This document shows positions 32,842 through 40,565 of a DNA stretch of 46,628 nucleotides, in pieces. The notes below the pieces were generated by a model, which ran no database searches, had not been told where the DNA came from, and saw nothing but the letters and a program-made list of their open reading frames with translations. Positions within the stretch are counted from its first letter, which is position 1. Each line of letters begins with the position of its first letter. This DNA comes from a virus: IMG/VR virus record IMGVR_UViG_3300050196_000201, positions 1 to 46,628 of that record; one strand, given 5' to 3'. A program made the translations under genes and the position numbers.

Positions 32842-33381
32842 ATGCCAACTTGCGAAATTAACGCACTTTTGCAGTCCGCCGCTTGTAATGAGACGGGCGG
32901 TATTGTGGAAGTTTACATCGGCAAAGTATCTGAAATTGATAAGGTGGCAACAACTACCGACCTTACCGCAGCTACTTGGATACTTACCGATATTACTACT
33001 AGCGGCGTGTTTAGCGTTGCGGAAGCTGACCAAAATACATCTGCATTTGAACAAAAGTTTAGCGAAGCAGATAAGTCTTGGGCACAAACAGCGACTATCA
33101 ATATTACAGGCGTAGATGCTGCTCTTGTAGCTGCTACTCGTAAAATTGCATACTGCTGCGACTTGGCTCTTATTTGTGTTTATGGCGATGGTCGTAAAGT
33201 CTTAGTCGGCTTAGACTACTCTGATAGTGCAGGTCTTGCATCTAAACCGCTTGAAAAAGGTAAGTTTACTGAAATTACAGATGCATCGAATCAGCGTAAC
33301 GGCAAACATACAATGTCATTTACCTACGTGGTAAAAACAAAAGAGCCCGCAATTACTTACACAGGTACAATCCCAGACTAA
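32842..33381 (+). CDS. Virion protein (tail-tube-like or head-decoration candidate)
   Basis: 179 aa with a beta-rich composition. Assigned by position only. Confidence 0.35.
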   Translation: MPTCEINALLQSAACNETGGIVEVYIGKVSEIDKVATTTDLTAATWILTDITTSGVFSVAEADQNTSAFEQKFSEADKSWAQTATINITGVDAALVAATRKIAYCCDLALICVYGDGRKVLVGLDYSDSAGLASKPLEKGKFTEITDASNQRNGKHTMSFTYVVKTKEPAITYTGTIPD

Positions 33382-33382
33382 T

Positions 33383-33691
33383 ATGATACAGGTAAAAGAC
33401 AAATATAAGTCTTTGCCAGTACATAAGGAACTAAACGGTAAACGGGTGGCAATTGGTGGCGATATTACATTGCATCAAACGCCGCCCGCCTTACCTAAAA
33501 TCATTAAGGAATGCACCGAAAGCGAGTATCAAGAGTTATACGATAGTGGTGCAATATTCTTTTTTGACCTAGTGGAAAACAAGGCAAAGCAAAGCAAACA
33601 AAAAAAGAACAAGGAAGTAGTATCAGAACATGACGAGACAGACCCCAATGCCGACACTATACTACCCGATACCGAACACAGTATCGAGTAA
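33383..33691 (+). CDS. Hypothetical protein
   Basis: 102-aa ORF starting 1 nt after the upstream stop. Confidence 0.45.
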   Translation: MIQVKDKYKSLPVHKELNGKRVAIGGDITLHQTPPALPKIIKECTESEYQELYDSGAIFFFDLVENKAKQSKQKKNKEVVSEHDETDPNADTILPDTEHSIE

Positions 33692-34928
33692 GGATTTTGA
33701 ACTAATCTCTAAGGAGTTTGGTATTATTCCTTATTTTGGCATTAGTGAGTTTGGAAGTCATGGAATACTACAGACCTTATTTGACCTATCACAGTATAGC
33801 CCTACAAAGGCGGCTGTTACCAATGGCATTATAGATTATGCTTTTGGTGGCAACATTAAATTTGTAGGGCGTACTTTTGAGGGTATTGATACAACGGACG
33901 TTATAGACAACACCGTTAAGATTGAGCAGTTAAAGCAAATAGTAGAAGTACTTGCGAAAGCTGGACTAAGTGCGCCGCAAATTATAGCTACATCGCAGCA
34001 GTTAGAGCGTCATTTAGAAGTATGCGGCAATGCTTATTTGCACTATAAAGAAGTGACAGTACTAGGTATTACAAAGATTTATATTTCAGTTATACACCCC
34101 TTAAAGGCTGCTATCAAACAAGACCTGTTTAGTACTAGCTTAGTAGTTACTGACAAATGGGATAAAAAATATTGGTCTAAGTACCCACCGCAAAACATCG
34201 CTATTTATCCCGAATTTTCAAGCCCTGAAAAGAGCGTAAGAGAAACAGTCTTTCATTTAAAGACAGTCAAAGACGATAGCGACTACTACGGACGACCTAA
34301 TCTAAGCTCAATGTATTGGCAGTTTATCGAGGCTAATATGGCTATAAAAGTGAATAAAATTAGCTCTCAGGACTTTGTAGCGGCTTATATGCTTTTGGTA
34401 GAGGCTATGCCCCCAGGCGATGGCAATGAGGAAATCTCAAAACAGAACGCCTCAAACTTATTAATGCAATTGGCAACTATAAAAGGCGGCGGCGAAAAGG
34501 CAAAAAGCATTATTGTTTCAGAATATGCGCATGGTGGACAAAAGCCCGAAATGCTGAACTTTGACTTAGTAAGAGATAGTGCATACGAAGCGCACGTAAT
34601 GAGTACCGCAGAAAGCGAAATTATCAAGTCTGAAAACTACCAGTTAGAATTAGTGGGTGGTAGTCACGCAAAATCTAGCATCGGGGGTGATAAGACGATT
34701 ATCTATAAGATGCTTACAGTAAATGAAACACTAATTAAGCCTAAACAGGCTAAGATGGCGGACTTTTGGTCTGTAATTTTTGCCAATGTAAGCCAAGCGA
34801 TAAGTGATGATACTTTAAATAACTACCAAGTAAAATTTAGCGATAAAATTGAAGGTTTAGTTAAATCAATGACAGCAATAAATCAAACTCAAAATGCCAC
34901 TATACCAAACACTACTGCAGCCGTATGA
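33630..34928 (+). CDS. Portal protein candidate (start 33630 or 33648)
   Basis: It is the only unassigned 400-500-aa ORF in the morphogenesis blocks. Assigned by elimination, with no motif proof. Confidence 0.5.
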   Translation: MTRQTPMPTLYYPIPNTVSSKDFELISKEFGIIPYFGISEFGSHGILQTLFDLSQYSPTKAAVTNGIIDYAFGGNIKFVGRTFEGIDTTDVIDNTVKIEQLKQIVEVLAKAGLSAPQIIATSQQLERHLEVCGNAYLHYKEVTVLGITKIYISVIHPLKAAIKQDLFSTSLVVTDKWDKKYWSKYPPQNIAIYPEFSSPEKSVRETVFHLKTVKDDSDYYGRPNLSSMYWQFIEANMAIKVNKISSQDFVAAYMLLVEAMPPGDGNEEISKQNASNLLMQLATIKGGGEKAKSIIVSEYAHGGQKPEMLNFDLVRDSAYEAHVMSTAESEIIKSENYQLELVGGSHAKSSIGGDKTIIYKMLTVNETLIKPKQAKMADFWSVIFANVSQAISDDTLNNYQVKFSDKIEGLVKSMTAINQTQNATIPNTTAAV

Positions 34929-35580
34929 GGTTATTGAGCTATGTGATATTAGCGACTATACACCCGCTTGTACTATCAAAAAAATTGCTAGTATCGAGAC
35001 TAAGGAGTTTAGGGAGTGTATAGGTAAAGAGCTTTATATTGCGATGTTAGCCGACTTAATTGATTATACAGGCACACAGGGCTATTCAGGTACGGCAAGC
35101 TATGAAATAGGAGACTTGGTAATGTTTAGTGGCTTTGTTTATGTATGTATAGCCAATACAACAAGTAATACGCCGTCTAATCTAAACTATTGGGAACGTG
35201 CGCCAAAATTTACAACAGCTAAATATAATGACATTTGGTTAAGTGGCTTTATGGGGGCGTACATTGCCTATTCCGTTTTAAATGCGACTGCTGCATACCG
35301 AGAAACACAATGGACGGCGCAAGGCTTAACAGTTAAACAAGGCAGTGATTTTATCGCAGCATCTAGCAAGTCAGTAGATAGACTAGTAAGTGCTACTAAT
35401 GCTGATATAGCAACGAATTACGCTAACATGGTGGATTTTATGAAGGTAAATGAAACAGAATGGACACTTGCGACTAAGATAATCAAGCCCGCTTCATGTG
35501 GCTGTGGTAACGGTTGCGCCTCAAATACAGGCTGTTTAGCCTTAAAGCAGAAAAAGAATAACGCTATAAACTTCTATTAA
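34894..35580 (+). CDS. Hypothetical virion protein
   Basis: 228-aa ORF in the head/connector block. Confidence 0.45.
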   Translation: MPLYQTLLQPYEVIELCDISDYTPACTIKKIASIETKEFRECIGKELYIAMLADLIDYTGTQGYSGTASYEIGDLVMFSGFVYVCIANTTSNTPSNLNYWERAPKFTTAKYNDIWLSGFMGAYIAYSVLNATAAYRETQWTAQGLTVKQGSDFIAASSKSVDRLVSATNADIATNYANMVDFMKVNETEWTLATKIIKPASCGCGNGCASNTGCLALKQKKNNAINFY

Positions 35581-35581
35581 T

Positions 35582-35860
35582 ATGTCACTAGGTAAGTATA
35601 TTACAGATAGCGTCATTAATTTGCTCAAAAATAGCTCTAAATTAGTGCCTACTGAACTAAAAGAACAACGCCTTGCAATTTGTAATGGCTGCGAAAACAA
35701 GGGCATAGTAGAGCCTTTACCATTGATGAAGTGCGAGGGTTGTACGCTTTGCGGCTGTCCTTTGGAGACAATAACCTCAATAGATAAAAACTTTGCACTT
35801 GGCAGGGCTTTGTGTAAGGCTGGTAAATGGAATGAAATTGATAACCAATATTTAAAATAA
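35582..35860 (+). CDS. Cys-rich small protein
   Basis: 'CNGCENKG..CEGCTLCGC' is a possible zinc-binding cluster. Confidence 0.45.
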   Translation: MSLGKYITDSVINLLKNSSKLVPTELKEQRLAICNGCENKGIVEPLPLMKCEGCTLCGCPLETITSIDKNFALGRALCKAGKWNEIDNQYLK

Positions 35861-35864
35861 AGAT

Positions 35865-36170
35865 ATGAAAACTCCGAATCTATTTAAACGTGATGGTAGC
35901 GTTGTTACATGGGGCTTTGCAGATGAAGCGCAAGAAACATTAGACTATTATGATAAAACCGACTTTAATCGCTTAGACGTTAAGATTGGTGATAAATTCA
36001 CGGATATTGACAATAACGGCGATGAGTTCCAGAATGTAAGAATAACACTATCAGTTGGTAATATAACAAAAGCATCATTCAAGGCTTGTCCGCTATTTAT
36101 TGGAACTGGTAATAGTGCAAATAAGACCTATGATTTGCAAACCGTCTTAGATTTTTTCTTACTCCCGTAG
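35865..36170 (+). CDS. Zero-frame product of a G/GT-like pair (tail-assembly-chaperone-like sizes)
   Basis: 101-aa ORF ending just after a slippery T_TTT_TTC heptamer. Confidence 0.5.
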   Translation: MKTPNLFKRDGSVVTWGFADEAQETLDYYDKTDFNRLDVKIGDKFTDIDNNGDEFQNVRITLSVGNITKASFKACPLFIGTGNSANKTYDLQTVLDFFLLP

Positions 36171-36192
36171 CCGCTAGCACAAGCGATTACGG
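36152..36192 (+). other. Candidate -1 programmed frameshift cassette
   Basis: Heptamer T_TTT_TTC (36152-36158), a 6-nt spacer, and an 11-position stem 36165-36175/36182-36192 (9 WC, 1 GU, 1 mismatch) that encloses the zero-frame stop. Confidence 0.5.
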
Positions 36193-36544
36193 CGTTTATT
36201 TGTGCAATATAAATTACAACGGAGACGAGAATGTAGCCAATACAGCTATTTTTGAGAGTATGACGATTAATGGCACAATTTATACTAACTCCAAGCCTTT
36301 ATATGATTTAGATAGCTTATGGGGTAATGTACAAAGCTCATTAAATGAGGCGTCAGTTACAGCTTCGCTAGTTACAACAATGACTAATAATACTGGTGGT
36401 AGTGCTAGTATTCAAGATAACAAAGGGTTTAATTTAGTCTTTATAACTATACTTTACCCTAGTCAGGCACTCACTGGTAGCATTGACGTAACTATAAACG
36501 GCACTCTTGAAACATTCACTTTTGATAAAATAGCGACTTCATAA
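36158..36544 (+). CDS. -1 frame extension (or an independent TTG-initiated ORF from 36200)
   Basis: The frame is open from 36134. There is no in-frame ATG at the start, and the ORF ends 2 nt before the next ATG (36547). Confidence 0.45.
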   Translation, partial: LTPVAASTSDYGVYLCNINYNGDENVANTAIFESMTINGTIYTNSKPLYDLDSLWGNVQSSLNEASVTASLVTTMTNNTGGSASIQDNKGFNLVFITILYPSQALTGSIDVTINGTLETFTFDKIATS

Positions 36545-36546
36545 AT

Positions 36547-36867
36547 ATGTTAGTACCTAAGGAAATACTAGATACGCTTGGCAAGTCGGGCGGTAAAATG
36601 GCTTGGCTTGGTAGTCCTGTTATAGCATTAATGTTCTATATGTTAATTGACTGGAATAGAGACCTTACAGCTGAAAATATTAAGTACCATAACAAGGTCA
36701 TTCAGCTAGATACAATCTGTAAAATGATGGAGGTTAAGGTTACGAACTGCGAACGCTACACACGTGAGGCGGTTGATAGGTTTATTGATTGCACACAGGA
36801 GAAAGAGAATCTAATGGAACAAAACCAAGAATTTAAAACCCGCCTCAAATTAAGAGGCTTAAACTAA
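36547..36867 (+). CDS. Membrane protein with a coiled-coil tail (holin/spanin-like candidate)
   Basis: TM segment 'AWLGSPVIALMFYMLIDW' followed by a charged helical region, near the endolysin candidate. Confidence 0.4.
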   Translation: MLVPKEILDTLGKSGGKMAWLGSPVIALMFYMLIDWNRDLTAENIKYHNKVIQLDTICKMMEVKVTNCERYTREAVDRFIDCTQEKENLMEQNQEFKTRLKLRGLN

Positions 36868-36874
36868 TAATCTT

Positions 36875-37183
36875 ATGAAAATAGGAAGTAAAGTACAACT
36901 GCTGCAATCAACACAGCTAATCTCAGTAGGTGCTAGCACGCCACGGTGTGCAGACCTCACAACCTTCGATAAGGGCGCACAATTCACTTTAGTAAATATC
37001 GAAGGCGAAAAGGCAATAGTAAAAGACAATGATGGTAATTTCTGGACTGTCTTATTGCAGTTCTTAGGGCTTGTCGCAGAAGTAGCGCAAGTAAACCAAA
37101 ATACAACAGTAGGGGAAGGCTTGACAATCTTACAGCATATTGGTAATTTCTTTGCGAACTTTTTTAAGCGCAAAAAGAAATAG
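36875..37183 (+). CDS. Hypothetical protein with a basic amphipathic C-terminus
   Basis: Ends 'IGNFFANFFKRKKK'. Preferred over the antisense ORF 36859..37188. Confidence 0.45.
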   Translation: MKIGSKVQLLQSTQLISVGASTPRCADLTTFDKGAQFTLVNIEGEKAIVKDNDGNFWTVLLQFLGLVAEVAQVNQNTTVGEGLTILQHIGNFFANFFKRKKK

Positions 37184-37355
37184 CGCACTATTGAACTATT
37201 TTTGGTTTGGTGCGTTATATAACCAACAGTAGTTGTACTCCATAAGCAATTTGCCAGAGACTAAAAGTAACTCATCTTCTGTAAGGGCTTCGCCCCACAT
37301 ATAACCCTTGCGAGGGTGAACTATGGTAGTGTACGCTAAGGCTATTCGACACTAT

Positions 37356-37391
37356 AAAAACCCGCTAGCTTTCTAAACTGGCGGGTTTTTT
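37356..37391. terminator. Strong (bidirectional) intrinsic terminator
   Basis: AAAAACCCGC-15 nt-GCGGGTTTTTT. Confidence 0.75.
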
Positions 37392-37415
37392 ATTTGAAAA
37401 AAATACTGCAAAAAG

Positions 37416-37445
37416 TTTGCGATTAAATAAAAAGCCGTATCTTTG
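37416..37445 (+). promoter_or_regulatory. Bacteroidota-type promoter (TTTG 37416-37419; TAtcTTTG 37438-37445)
   Basis: 'agTTTGcgattaaataaaaagccgTAtcTTTG' resembles the conserved cassette. Confidence 0.55.
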
Positions 37446-37451
37446 TGCCGC

Positions 37452-37538
37452 TGCATTAGCCCGTTTATCGCCAAAATTCAAAACGGAAAAACTTTTTGTA
37501 AAGCCTCTGTGAAAAGTCATGGAGGCTTTTGTATTTTT
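37452..37538 (+). ncRNA. Candidate ~85-nt small RNA (promoter to terminator unit)
   Basis: Lies between promoter 37416-37445 and terminator 37500-37538. It contains the AAATTCAAA motif, and its only ORF is a 24-codon one. Confidence 0.3.
37500..37538 (+). terminator. Intrinsic terminator
   Basis: AAGCCTC..GAGGCTT stem followed by TTgTATTTTT. Confidence 0.6.
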
Positions 37539-37572
37539 CAATGCAAAATATATAACCTATTGCAAAATTATC

Positions 37573-37580
37573 TATCTTTG
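37573..37580 (+). promoter_or_regulatory. -7 box TAtcTTTG
   Basis: Exact TAnnTTTG 35 nt after the preceding terminator. Confidence 0.4.
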
Positions 37581-37616
37581 CGGTATTCTATAACAGAGTA
37601 ATAATGTATATCACTT

Positions 37617-37657
37617 AAAAGCCTTTCTTTACAGTCGTATTGAAAGGCTTTTGTTTT
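37617..37657 (+). terminator. Terminator-like hairpin just upstream of the endolysin-candidate ATG
   Basis: AAAAGCCTTTC-13 nt-GAAAGGCTTTTgTTTT. Confidence 0.55.
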
Positions 37658-37669
37658 AAATCCAAACGT

Positions 37670-38332
37670 ATGAGAACAATTCCGCAAAATAAACCGCAAA
37701 ACCTCACGCAACAGTTATTTGACGAGAGAGTGAATAAATGTGGTATAGATAGAATAAAGTACCCTATTGTCTTATTAGGGCTTAGAGATTATTATGATGA
37801 TGCAGTAGGCGGGGCGCAATTTGACCGCAACTTCTACGATGATGCCGCAGCCTTATCTATATACTACAAAGACGGACGCAAACAGCTAATTGTTTTCAAC
37901 TGGAACACAGACCCGTCACTATTTAGACCCGCAACCGCTAAGCAAAAAGGTATTGCAACCCTACAAACTGGCGTATATTATGCGCACAAATTAGACTGGC
38001 ATAGCGGTAAATACTTAGCACTTTGCCAGCGTGCAGCGATTGTAACTGTATTGCGTGACGGTGGATTAGTCGAAAAGGGTTATTTAGGCATAAATATACA
38101 CAGCGGGGGTAATAACGGCACTTATTCAGAAGGTTGCCAAACTTCGCCGCCTATGCAATTTATTGAGCTTATGACGGCTGTATTTGATTATTTTGGTCTA
38201 AGCTATGTAACTATGTTCAAAAACCCATTTAAGCCAACACAAGGCGAAAGAATGGCGTTTAATGATATGCTAGTACGCAATCGAGAGTTATCTAATTTGA
38301 TAGTACCTTATGTTATTGAAGACTACAAGTAA
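37670..38332 (+). CDS. Peptidoglycan hydrolase (endolysin) candidate with a YkuD-like His..Cys motif
   Basis: 'GINIHSGGNNGTYSEGCQT' resembles the H-x(n)-S-x-G-C motif of L,D-transpeptidase-fold enzymes. The ORF-track start at 37640 is TTG inside the hairpin, and the first ATG is 37670. Confidence 0.4.
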   Translation: MRTIPQNKPQNLTQQLFDERVNKCGIDRIKYPIVLLGLRDYYDDAVGGAQFDRNFYDDAAALSIYYKDGRKQLIVFNWNTDPSLFRPATAKQKGIATLQTGVYYAHKLDWHSGKYLALCQRAAIVTVLRDGGLVEKGYLGINIHSGGNNGTYSEGCQTSPPMQFIELMTAVFDYFGLSYVTMFKNPFKPTQGERMAFNDMLVRNRELSNLIVPYVIEDYK

Positions 38333-38339
38333 CTAATAT

Positions 38340-38375
38340 AAAACGCCCCTCTTCTTTTGATGTGGGGCGTTTTTG
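38340..38375. terminator. Bidirectional intrinsic terminator
   Basis: AAAACGCCCC-14 nt-GGGGCGTTTTT between convergent genes. Confidence 0.75.
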
Positions 38376-38383
38376 GTTTTGGG

Positions 38384-38587
38384 CTATTCAATTCTCATAG
38401 ATGCAATATAATCATCAACTAACTGCGAGATAGATTTATTACCTTTATTATAAAGGCTTTCTATGTGGTAATCATCAGGCGGGATTATATTACAATCTCT
38501 TAGTTTCAATTCTTCCTTGAATTGATCAATCATCTCATCAATAAATTCAAGATATGCGTCATGTTGTGCAGAAATATCCATATTCAT
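38384..38587 (-). CDS. Hypothetical acidic protein
   Basis: 67-aa ATG ORF, last gene of minus-strand island 2. Confidence 0.45.
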   Translation of the reverse strand: MNMDISAQHDAYLEFIDEMIDQFKEELKLRDCNIIPPDDYHIESLYNKGNKSISQLVDDYIASMRIE

Positions 38588-38620
38588 TTCTTTGCGCCTT
38601 TCGGCTTGTTAGTAATTGGT

Positions 38621-39034
38621 TTATTCAATCGGTAAGGCTAATCCCTGACCGATTAGGTTAAAGATATCGTAGTGTGCAGCTAGTAAAGCCTGAACTACAT
38701 TGTAGGGTAATTTTTCATACCCAAAATAAGTATAGTACGAATATACATCAATTGGGTCGAACTCTTCATCTGTATCATAAAATGCTGCATAGCCGTATCT
38801 AATACTATCAGATACCGTTGCAATTATTTCATTTATATCCGCTTCGCTATCTTTGTTCACAGGGCGCAAAAGTGGCTTATATAGTGGCGTAGCTACAACT
38901 AAATGGAAGTTATCAATACTTACCTTGCACTTACCTCTAAGGCAGCCCTTAGTATCTAAAAATATATCAATGCCATACGGCAAATAAGCGCACCATTGCG
39001 CCAGAGAGATTGTTAGTTTTTGGTCATTATTCAT
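38621..39034 (-). CDS. Hypothetical protein
   Basis: 137-aa ATG ORF. Confidence 0.5.
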   Translation of the reverse strand: MNNDQKLTISLAQWCAYLPYGIDIFLDTKGCLRGKCKVSIDNFHLVVATPLYKPLLRPVNKDSEADINEIIATVSDSIRYGYAAFYDTDEEFDPIDVYSYYTYFGYEKLPYNVVQALLAAHYDIFNLIGQGLALPIE

Positions 39035-39221
39035 GTGGTTGGTTTATGTAAAATGAATTAAATGTTTTAGCCTTACGCAGCCTACTGTTATACTTTCGGT
39101 TCTTAGGGTTGCAAATAATCCATATAGTAGAATTAAAGCCACTAAACCACCTTAGATATAATAGCCGCTTCTTATTATATGTGCGTCCGTATGCGAGGGT
39201 AAGGTTAATTTGTTTTGACAT
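39027..39221 (-). CDS. Small basic protein
   Basis: 64-aa ORF overlapping the downstream ORF by 8 nt. Confidence 0.35.
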   Translation of the reverse strand: MSKQINLTLAYGRTYNKKRLLYLRWFSGFNSTIWIICNPKNRKYNSRLRKAKTFNSFYINQPHE

Positions 39222-39255
39222 GAGTTAGTTTGGCTTGGTTCTGCAATATTGCGGG

Positions 39256-39594
39256 TTAAATTTCGTCTTTCCAATAGCCTAGGCTACATTTTTGAATCTC
39301 ATGTAAGTCTGTCGAGCCATCAACACTACCAAAGTCGGTAATTAAAAATTCGCAGTCTTGGCAAGTATTACCTATCTCTAAGTCAGTAGAAAAGGCTAAG
39401 TCTTCTTTGCAGTCGGCGTTAATATCTAAATGCCCTGCAATTTTCTTTTTTACTTGATTATCTGCATGCTCTTGCATCGCAGAAGTAATTACAGCAGTTT
39501 CATTCACTGAAAAAGATACACCGTGCTTAATGCACCAAGCCTTTAAAGCCGCTGTCATTTCAGGTGTTTCAGTTACAAATCTATTTCTATTCAT
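39256..39594 (-). CDS. Hypothetical protein
   Basis: 112-aa ATG ORF, first gene of island 2. Confidence 0.5.
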   Translation of the reverse strand: MNRNRFVTETPEMTAALKAWCIKHGVSFSVNETAVITSAMQEHADNQVKKKIAGHLDINADCKEDLAFSTDLEIGNTCQDCEFLITDFGSVDGSTDLHEIQKCSLGYWKDEI

Positions 39595-39633
39595 GGTAAA
39601 TTAAAGTGATTTACTAATTGCAATATTGCCCCG

Positions 39634-39641
39634 CAAAGATA
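39634..39641 (-). promoter_or_regulatory. -7 box TAtcTTTG on the minus strand (promoter of island 2)
   Basis: The minus strand reads ggcgTAtcTTTGcgggg, about 40 nt upstream of ATG 39594. Confidence 0.45.
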
Positions 39642-39761
39642 CGCCTATAATTTGATATAAAAAATATATCATTGAAATAATTTTATTTTTGTTGTAACGC
39701 ATTGAAAAACAGTATCGTAATTTTTCGCTGTAAAAATAATTTGAAAAAAGATGCCAAAATG

Positions 39762-39792
39762 TTTGCAGATTAAAACAAAAGGCGTACCTTTG
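39762..39792 (+). promoter_or_regulatory. Bacteroidota-type promoter (TTTG 39762-39765; TAccTTTG 39785-39792)
   Basis: aatgTTTGcagattaaaacaaaaggcgTAccTTTGca with a 19-nt spacer. Confidence 0.65.
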
Positions 39793-39842
39793 CAACGCAA
39801 TCAAGCGCAACACAATTTTTAATCACTTCAAATTTTAATCTC

Positions 39843-40043
39843 ATGCCAAATACAGCCCAAACAATCTTAGAACAATTAAACCCCCTTATCGAAATCGCAT
39901 CTAAAATGATTTTAGCTGGCGTCTTGAAAAAGAACGCAATATTACACTTTACAAATAAGGGCTTCCCATTTGCAGCCGCTGAAAATATTGTAGAGATGGC
40001 AGCAATAAGGGCTGAAAACTTTTTACACAATAAAGCAATATAA
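39843..40043 (+). CDS. Hypothetical 66-aa protein, copy B
   Basis: Differs from copy A (45..245) by D51E, R66I and three synonymous changes. Confidence 0.6.
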   Translation: MPNTAQTILEQLNPLIEIASKMILAGVLKKNAILHFTNKGFPFAAAENIVEMAAIRAENFLHNKAI

Positions 40044-40074
40044 AATTCAATTAACCATTAACCCCAACTAACCC

Positions 40075-40290
40075 ATGACACACAATTTTTCAATCAAATT
40101 CTACTCCGCTAGTGACGAAATCGAAAAGCATTTTGATACACAAGCGCAAAATTTAGATGACGCCTTAATCACGCTTTATGAAGCACACGAGGACGCTATC
40201 TATTTAGAACATGATACAGACATTAACCCTGCAGCCTACGAAAGCGAAAGCGATACAATCAAAGCCGCAATTTTAGAACGCCAAAAATAA
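40075..40290 (+). CDS. Hypothetical acidic protein
   Basis: 71-aa ATG ORF. Confidence 0.45.
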   Translation: MTHNFSIKFYSASDEIEKHFDTQAQNLDDALITLYEAHEDAIYLEHDTDINPAAYESESDTIKAAILERQK

Positions 40291-40295
40291 AAGCC

Positions 40296-40559
40296 ATGAG
40301 ACGGAAGCATGAAACTGGAAACTGGATAACGTTTATTAATTATCAGCCAATCAATGATGGTATAGGTGCAATTTATGACAATAGGGGCGCATACTACGAA
40401 ATTAAAGTAATAGATAGCCGACCTTTATTAATCAGTAAAAAACCTTATTTAGAGGTACGACTACTCACAAATAAAGCTTACCGCCGTATATTACAATTTA
40501 CAAAAAGCGGCATATCTGTTTTGTTCACGCACTCATTTAAATACAAACCCCAAAAATAA
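40296..40559 (+). CDS. Hypothetical protein
   Basis: 87-aa ATG ORF. Confidence 0.45.
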   Translation: MRRKHETGNWITFINYQPINDGIGAIYDNRGAYYEIKVIDSRPLLISKKPYLEVRLLTNKAYRRILQFTKSGISVLFTHSFKYKPQK

Positions 40560-40565
40560 AAAGCC

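Larger units (their letters stand above)
39758..40043 (+). repeat. Copy B of the ~286-nt direct repeat (promoter + 5'UTR + 66-aa gene)
   Basis: Aligns base for base with 46461..46628 plus 1..245. Only a handful of substitutions were seen. Confidence 0.85.

Noticed and set aside
36859-37188. Minus-strand 109-aa ORF
   Set aside because: It is a mirror of + strand ORF 36875..37183, which has an ATG start and is co-directional with its neighbours.
37196-37300. Minus-strand 34-codon ORF (MWGEALTEDELLLVSGKLLMEYNYCWLYNAPNQK) in the 37184-37355 gap
   Set aside because: The translation looks protein-like, but there is no minus-strand promoter box upstream and it is isolated between + strand units. 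It is too short to support as a gene.
39601-40030. Minus-strand ORFs 39601..39813 and 39770..40030
   Set aside because: They cover the AT-rich divergent promoter region and lie antisense to the duplicated 66-aa gene, whose substitution pattern supports + strand coding.
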